From: Macrostomum lignano | Lineage: Eukaryota | NCBI GenBank assembly: GCA_002269645.1 | Contig: NIVC01002811.1 | Location: 62,001 to 126,000 of the forward strand | Length of the DNA: 64,000 nt | Reading direction: 5' to 3' | Shown here: piece after piece, positions 57,801 to 64,000 of the stretch | Position numbering within the stretch: the first letter of the stretch is position 1 | How the letters are laid out: each line of letters starts with the position of its first letter | Notes under the pieces: generated by a model | Told to the model about the DNA's origin: nothing | Database searches by the model: none | What the model saw: the letters and a program-made list of their open reading frames with translations, nothing else | Translations under genes and position numbers: made by a program

Positions 57801-60153
57801 GGTCTGCTGCGGCCCCTACGCCCCCTCCCCCTGCAGCCACCGATCCCCCAATCCCTCCTTATTTGCGCACCCGCTTCCTCGCGTGTCGCCTTCGGCTAAG
57901 CCTACAACTTTCTCATGCCCTGCTGGGTCACCCCCGCCGTCAGGACTTCTTCTTCTGCAAGGGGTGGCGTCCCCCTGCTCGGTGCTAAGTCTTGGTTTGC
58001 CACCGGATACTCAGAGCCAGGGGCGTCGCCATGGATTTTATGGTGGGGGGGATAAAGCCAAAAATTCTACATGTACTTGTACATATATTTTCAGAATCGG
58101 TGTTGTCAGCGCTCATTTTAGCGCCGCGGGCACTCATTTTGGCGCCGCAGGCACTCATTTTGGCGCCTCAAGCAAGCACTCATTTTGGCACCTCAAGCAA
58201 GCACTCATTTTGGCGCCGCGGGCACTCATTTTGGCACCGCAGGCACTCATTTTGGCGCCTCAAGCAAGCACTCATTTTGGCGCCGCAGGCACTCATTTCG
58301 GGGCCCTGAAGCAAAATTATTGATTTCCATAACGGGTCACCAGGAGGGGCGGGGGACCAAGCGCATGGCATGTCCCCCCTGTCCCCCCAGTGGCGACGCC
58401 CTTGCTCAGAGCCTGTTGACTGAGCGTGAGCATGTAAGCTCGTCGAGGCCAGTGGAATCTACGAATTAATGGCATAAAATGCTGCATACACAGCCAAGCT
58501 TTAGGCTTTGGACTTACCCCAGCTTCTCCACTTTCTCCATCATCTCTGCGCCCCTCCCTTCTCAGTTGTCCAGACGGGGAAACTTTCTTCTGCGCTGCGC
58601 CGATTGGTCCGGCTCGGTTGCAGTCAAAATAGGCGACAGTTTGCAGTTTGCCAGTAGGATGGCAGGGAGGAAAAGGAGGGAGGGTTATTGGGGATGGAGC
58701 TGGATGGGATGCAGGAGAGGGGGTGGACTTCTTTGGAGACCGAGGGGCCTTGGGTCTGAAGGAGCAGAGGGCGGTGCAGCAGGGCAGGAGAGGAAGGGGC
58801 TGAGAGGTGGCCCAGCCAACCAGCAACCGGCAGCAGGAGACGCGTAGATAAATAGCGACAGGTTCAGAGTAGTCTTCTACTAAACCTGTCGTGTCCCTCT
58901 ACCACAGCGACTCTCTCCCCGACTCCAACGCTGGGGATCGCTATCGCTAGCTCTCCGCTCCCTAAACGACATGGATCGCATGTCGGACCAGACGCCAGAT
59001 ATAGAGGCTTCTCCAGAGACCGGGCAGCAGCAGCATGTGCAGCCGATTCCGCATCGGAGAAAGAGCAGCATCCTTGTAGCTCTTTCGCACACTCTGCGCA
59101 GCCGATGTGAGTGACTAAAAAAAGCCAATTTCAAATCCACGCTACTCCTACAATGGTTGCGTGGTCAGGGCCTCAGTCTCACTTTTCCCTGTCCGACTCT
59201 GAGCAGCTCACAAAGGTAAATCAATTCTCGCTCACGTACCTGTCCAAGCACCAGGCAGCCAGGTAGCGTCGAAGCCACGATGATATTTCTTCCCAAATAA
59301 ATAATTAGCTCCTCTGTGCTTACTCAGTCCAGTTTTTGTCCACCTCATTGATTAATTCATTTGAATAGCATCGCGGGAGAAAAAAGCGTTGGCCCAGGAT
59401 ACGAAAGTATTCCCCTTCCGAAGACGTCCGGAAGAAGTCCGGAAGTCCGGAAGTCCGGAAGACTCGGAAAGTATTCCCCATATTCTCCTTCTCTCAATTT
59501 TCCTAAGCCCTCGGGTCTTCTAACCCTCCCGTACCCAGGCCGCTGGCTAAGACCGAGGCTTACGCGGTGTTAGCGGCCAAGGTCCGCTGGTCAGTCCCAT
59601 CATTAGTGTCTATGCTTGCCCGACTTCTCATACTCGGAGCATCTCATTTTTTCTCCCTGTCCTTGACCGTACGAGACTTTCGTATCTTGCGCCTTCCGTA
59701 TTGCCTTCCGTAAGTCTACCAGGCAGGCTATAGGCTTACGATGTAATAATCTCGTAATAATTTGCTGGTAAGCCTGCTCAAGTTCAGCATCTGCACTCCA
59801 TCATCGCAGGGGTACCCAATGCATTTTTTGTGCACTCGATTAATTGGCTTCCAGAAAAATATAGAACTACATAACTAATCATTGGGGTTGTAGCCTAGTG
59901 GCCAGAGAGTTGGACTCGCGACTTGAAAGGCCGGGGGTTCGATTCCCTACCCACTCGGAACAATTTGTGTCCTTGAGCAAGACACTTAACTTTGCATTGC
60001 TTCAGTTCACCAAGCTATAAAATGGGTGCCCGGATTAGCTGGGGATTAGCAAAGCGCCTGAAACTAGCAACTTGCAATGCAGCTCAGCTCTCCAGTGCCT
60101 TAAAAAACATCCTCTTCAAATCTCCCTTTGCCACACTACAGCTGAAGATGGCA

Positions 60154-60193
<40 letters not shown>

Positions 60194-63100
60194 GCACCAC
60201 CATAAGGAGGGCGAGGCGTTGAATGAAGACCTGGACGACCTGGACCTGTACAGGGTGAGAATGTGTCTTCCGCACTCAATGCCGCCTTTGAAATGTACCC
60301 CAGGTGTAGAAAGGAAAATAGCATTAAGGAAGCCTGTAATGGCTTTTTAAAATTCTCTGCTTTTCACCTGAATCCCACGCTTCTACCCAGAAATCTGGCA
60401 CAACAAATTCGCCTACCCAGGTCCCTCGAAATCTCCTTTTGCCCAACACCTGAAGCTTCGCGCCTTGCCTTAAACAGCGGCCATATTTAGTGGCAGCTTT
60501 CAATGTAAAGGTGGTAAAGGATAACACACTGTAGCCCGGTGGGTGTTGCATGGTTTGATAAGCGAGTAGGCCAGTTTGTATCAATTCGATTTGTCTGACT
60601 AAGGAATGACAAAACACTCGATCGCCGCAGCTCCAACTCCAATGTGCGTGTGGCAAATGATTGAAATTCCACAGCGTGAGATTTGAGAGGCCGTCAAAAA
60701 TTTTCCGGGTTTCCGGATCTGCGTGCGAAGTCCCCTCTCATCGTTGGCATCCCTTGGGTCTCGTTTGACCTCAATTCACGGCGGCTAGAGAGTGTGGCCA
60801 CTCTGACAGCTCTCAATCAAGCTCTTCAGCGATTTGACTTCCCCTACTTGCTCGGCGATTCCTTCCGCACAGATCCCAATCATTCGGTCATCAAAGAAAT
60901 TCGGGGGGGGGGGGGCAATCGGCTCAATTTAGTGACGCAGTCGGCAAAAAATGAGCGGACGAGTGTTCCTTACGCTCGAGTAGCCCACGAGGAGGTCCCA
61001 GCTAGTATCCTCCAAGCGTCTTCGTCTAACTAATACAGCGATTAAGTTTGTCCGCTCGAGGCAAAAAACATTCGAAATTGGGGGAACAAATGCGACTAAA
61101 AGGACGGCGGTATGAATCGGGACGGAACCTCATTAATTTTAGAGGCTGGTTCGATGAGAAAAGCTGTTGCCGGAGAGGATGGCCGGTCCATGCGTTTCTC
61201 ATGGACTGTTGCTGGGGTTATATAGAGAGTCATAGTGTCGCTCATACTATCAATTGGAGAGAAAGGGAGAGTCATACTGAGAGTCATAGTGAGGGTCATA
61301 GTGAGAGACATTCTGAGAGTCATATTGAGAGTCATAGTGGGAGTCATAGCGAGGGTCATTGTGAGAGTCATAGTGGGAGACATTCTGAGAGTCATACCGA
61401 GAGTCATAGTGGGGGTCATAGTGAGGGTTATATTGAGAGACATTCTGAGAGTCATACTGAGAGTCATAATAAGAGTCATACTAAGAGTCATAGTGAGAGT
61501 CATACTAAGAGTCATACTAAGAGTCATACTAAGAGTCATACTGAGAGTCATACTAAGAGTCATAGTGAGGGTCATACTGAGTCATAGGGAGTCATAGTGA
61601 GCAAAAAGGCAACAGAGCTACTTGCAGACAAAATTCTGGAACGAACAAAAAGTCCAACGGAGGTCGCCTCTGGGCAGCGGGTTTTCTTTAATCCCTCTGA
61701 GTGTCAAAAACTTTGTCCCGTCAGCAGCATCTGACTTAATCCGCTCGCTGTGAGCCTTGTTGAGCAAATGTCTGAGCCTTGGCCTCTGAGATCGCTCTTC
61801 CTTCCGTTCTGTTTAATGAGAATCGCAGGCTGTTTGGCTATTCCTGTTTGAGAGAGCAAGAGAGTGCTCACAAAAAGCCCCCCCCCCCGCCGTCAGCTCA
61901 CAATTTTTCTCACACAGATCGAATCCGATTTATACGGATGCTCTCGAATAGTTCGAAAGCGAATCAGGCGGGAAATCTGTATCCAGATCCTGAGCGCTTT
62001 GACTTGGCGTGCGCTTCGAGATTTCGAGTTTTTCTGCTCTTGTGAACTGTGCTTACCGGTGTTTGAGTTCGTTCCGTTCGGCTGAGTCCATCTCTGTTCG
62101 GCCATCGGAACTAATTAATCTTCAGGGGGTCCAGTGAGGAAATTCCAATTCCATTTTCGGGGCTGGAAAAATGTTCCTACTTTGAAGGCGTGCGATTAAA
62201 ATACACCTGTAGCAGTCAGAAGCTCAGAAGATAAATAAAGGCGCGTTTTGGAAAGATCTGAGCCACACTAAGATGCATGCGGAGATACACGAAGACACAA
62301 TAAAATATACTAAGACACATACCGAGACACACTAAGACACAGAGAGACACTAAGACACATCTGAGAGACACACTAAGACACATACTGAGAGACACTAAGG
62401 CACATACTGAGACACACTAAGGCACATACTGAGACACACTAAGACACATACTGAGACACACTAAGGCACATACTGAGACACACTAAGGCACATACTGAGA
62501 CACACTAAGACACATACTGAGACACAATAAGACACATACTGAGAGACACTAAGGCAGTAACTGAGACACACTAAGACACATACTGAGAGACACTAAGACG
62601 CATACTGAGACACATTAAGACACATCCTGAGACAGACTAAGACACAAACTGAGACACACAAAGACACATCCTGAGACACACTAAGGCACATACTGAGACA
62701 CACTAAGACACATACTGAGACACACTAAGGCACATACTGAGACACACTAAGACACATACTGAGACACACTAAGGCACATACTGAGACACACTAAGACACA
62801 TACTGAGACACAATAAGACACATACTGAGAGACACTAAGGCAGTAACTGAGACACACTAAGACACATACTGAGACACACTAAGACGCATACTGAGACACA
62901 TTAAGACACATCCTGAGACAGACTAAGACACAAACTGAGACACACAAAGACACATCCTGAGACACATTAAGACACATCCTGAGACACACAAAGACACATC
63001 CTGAGACACACTAAGACACATACTGAGACACACTAAGACACATACTGAGACACACTAAGACACATACTGAGACACAATAAGACACATACTGAGACACATT

Positions 63101-63970
63101 AAGACACATCCTGAGACACATTAAGACACATCCTGAGACACACTAAGACACATATTGAGACACATTAAGACACATCCTGAGACACACAAAGACACATCCT
63201 GAGACACACTAAGACACATACTGAGACACACTAAGACACATACTGAGACACAATAAGACACATACTGAGACACATTAAGACACATCCTGAGACACATTAA
63301 GACACATCCTGAGACACACTAAGACACATACTGAGACACATAAGACACATCCTGAGACACACTAAGACACATCCTGACACACACTAAGACACAAACTGAG
63401 ACACACTAAGACATATACTGAGACACACTAAGACACATACTGAGAGACACAAAAACACACTGAGACACACTAAGACACATACTGAGACACACTAAGACGC
63501 ATACTGAGACAGACACGTCCGCCCTGCAGGAGGAGTACACCGGCAGGCCTCGGGTGGCCTCGGTGCTCACCCAGCTCATCCAGTACCGCGCCGGCATCAA
63601 CCCGACTAGTGGAGAGGCGCACGGCGAGGAGCAGAAAGCCGCGAACCTCGGCACCATCCTGGGCGTGTTCTTTCCCTGCATTCAGAACATCTTCGGCGTG
63701 CTGCTGTTCATCAGACTCGGCTGGATTGTCGGCGTCGCTGGCGGCTTCCAGACCCTCATGATCGTGCTGGCATGCTGCACCTGCACTCTGCTGACTGCCA
63801 TCTCCATGTCCGCCATCGCCACGAATGGCCGGGTTCCAGCCGGCGGCTCCTATTTCATGATATCGCGCTCGCTCGGCCCCGAGTTCGGCTCCGCTGTTGG
63901 CGTTCTGTTCTATTTGGCCAACACAGTGGCTGCCGCTATGTACGTTGTGGGCGCGATCGAGATTGCCATC
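54812..63970 (+). CDS. kcc: K-Cl cotransporter (SLC12A4-7/KCC family), 5' part; continues beyond the window
   Basis: Exon 63530-63970 reads [13 protein letters not shown]...[29 protein letters not shown]...[33 protein letters not shown], the KCC signature. Exon 60142-60254 (phase 1 to 0) joins as ...LDLYR|EEY.... Candidate first exons are 54812-54932 and 58971-59106, both phase 1 with GTGAGT donors. Confidence 0.9.
55292..56152. repeat. (CAGT)n microsatellite with CACT/CAAG interruptions (KCC intron)
   Basis: Direct inspection. Confidence 0.98.
56935..57253. repeat. Perfect 16-bp minisatellite (CTCTGGCTCTCAGTCA)
   Basis: About 20 identical copies. Confidence 0.95.
58110..58300. repeat. 21/25-bp minisatellite (GCACTCATTTTGGCGCC core)
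   Basis: About 9 copies. Confidence 0.85.
59884..60100 (+). mobile_element. tRNA-derived CORE-like SINE, family A, ending ~40 nt before the KCC exon 2 acceptor
   Basis: A-box TAGCCTAGTGG, B-box GGTTCGATTCCC, then GTGTCCTTGAGCAAGACACTTAAC...CTTCAGTTCACC. Confidence 0.8.
61268..61600. repeat. 12-bp minisatellite (GAGAGTCATACT / GAGAGTCATAGT)
   Basis: Direct inspection. Confidence 0.9.
62315..63510. repeat. 22-bp minisatellite (ACTGAGACACACTAAGACACAT) running up to the KCC exon 3 acceptor
   Basis: About 54 copies; ends within ~20 nt of the AG at 63528-63529. Confidence 0.95.
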
Positions 63971-64000
63971 GTGAGTTGGGGGAATTGCTTTGCTGCTGGG

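Noticed and set aside
61048-61597. (ESHS/ESHT)n His-rich ORF
   Set aside because: A 12-bp repeat inside a KCC intron, open in several frames; no supporting splice sites found.

Overview
Eukaryotic (animal) genomic DNA, not prokaryotic. It has GC-rich exons, GT-AG introns packed with mini/microsatellites, and AT-rich, CpG-poor intergenic tracts full of decayed transposons. The style suggests a free-living flatworm such as Macrostomum, which is an inference and not proven here. I reconstructed six protein-coding genes by checking splice sites and phases by hand. (1) An orphan 576-aa Ser/Pro-rich protein ending in -ETDV (7707-9944, minus strand). (2) A CIP4/FBP17/Toca-1-type F-BAR-HR1-SH3 gene (15525-20620, minus, 8 exons, 527 aa). 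(3) CCDC22 (27075-30555, plus, 631 aa). (4) RECQL/RecQ1 (32867-38035, plus, with four 1-bp deletions and no genomic ATG). (5) A TAX1BP3/TIP-1-like PDZ gene (39907-40344, minus). (6) The 5' part of a K-Cl cotransporter (SLC12/KCC; 54812 to the window end, plus), with two candidate alternative first exons. Mobile elements include MULE, mariner (DD34D), RTE-like LINE, Merlin, non-autonomous hAT elements and two tRNA-derived SINE families. The most interesting observations are these. RECQL appears to need its initiator AUG from a trans-spliced leader and may be the downstream gene of a CCDC22-RECQL operon. One repeat copy has lost all of its CpGs relative to a nearby copy. The palindrome TAGGCCTA is strongly over-represented. 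KCC has alternative N-termini that parallel the vertebrate a/b isoforms.
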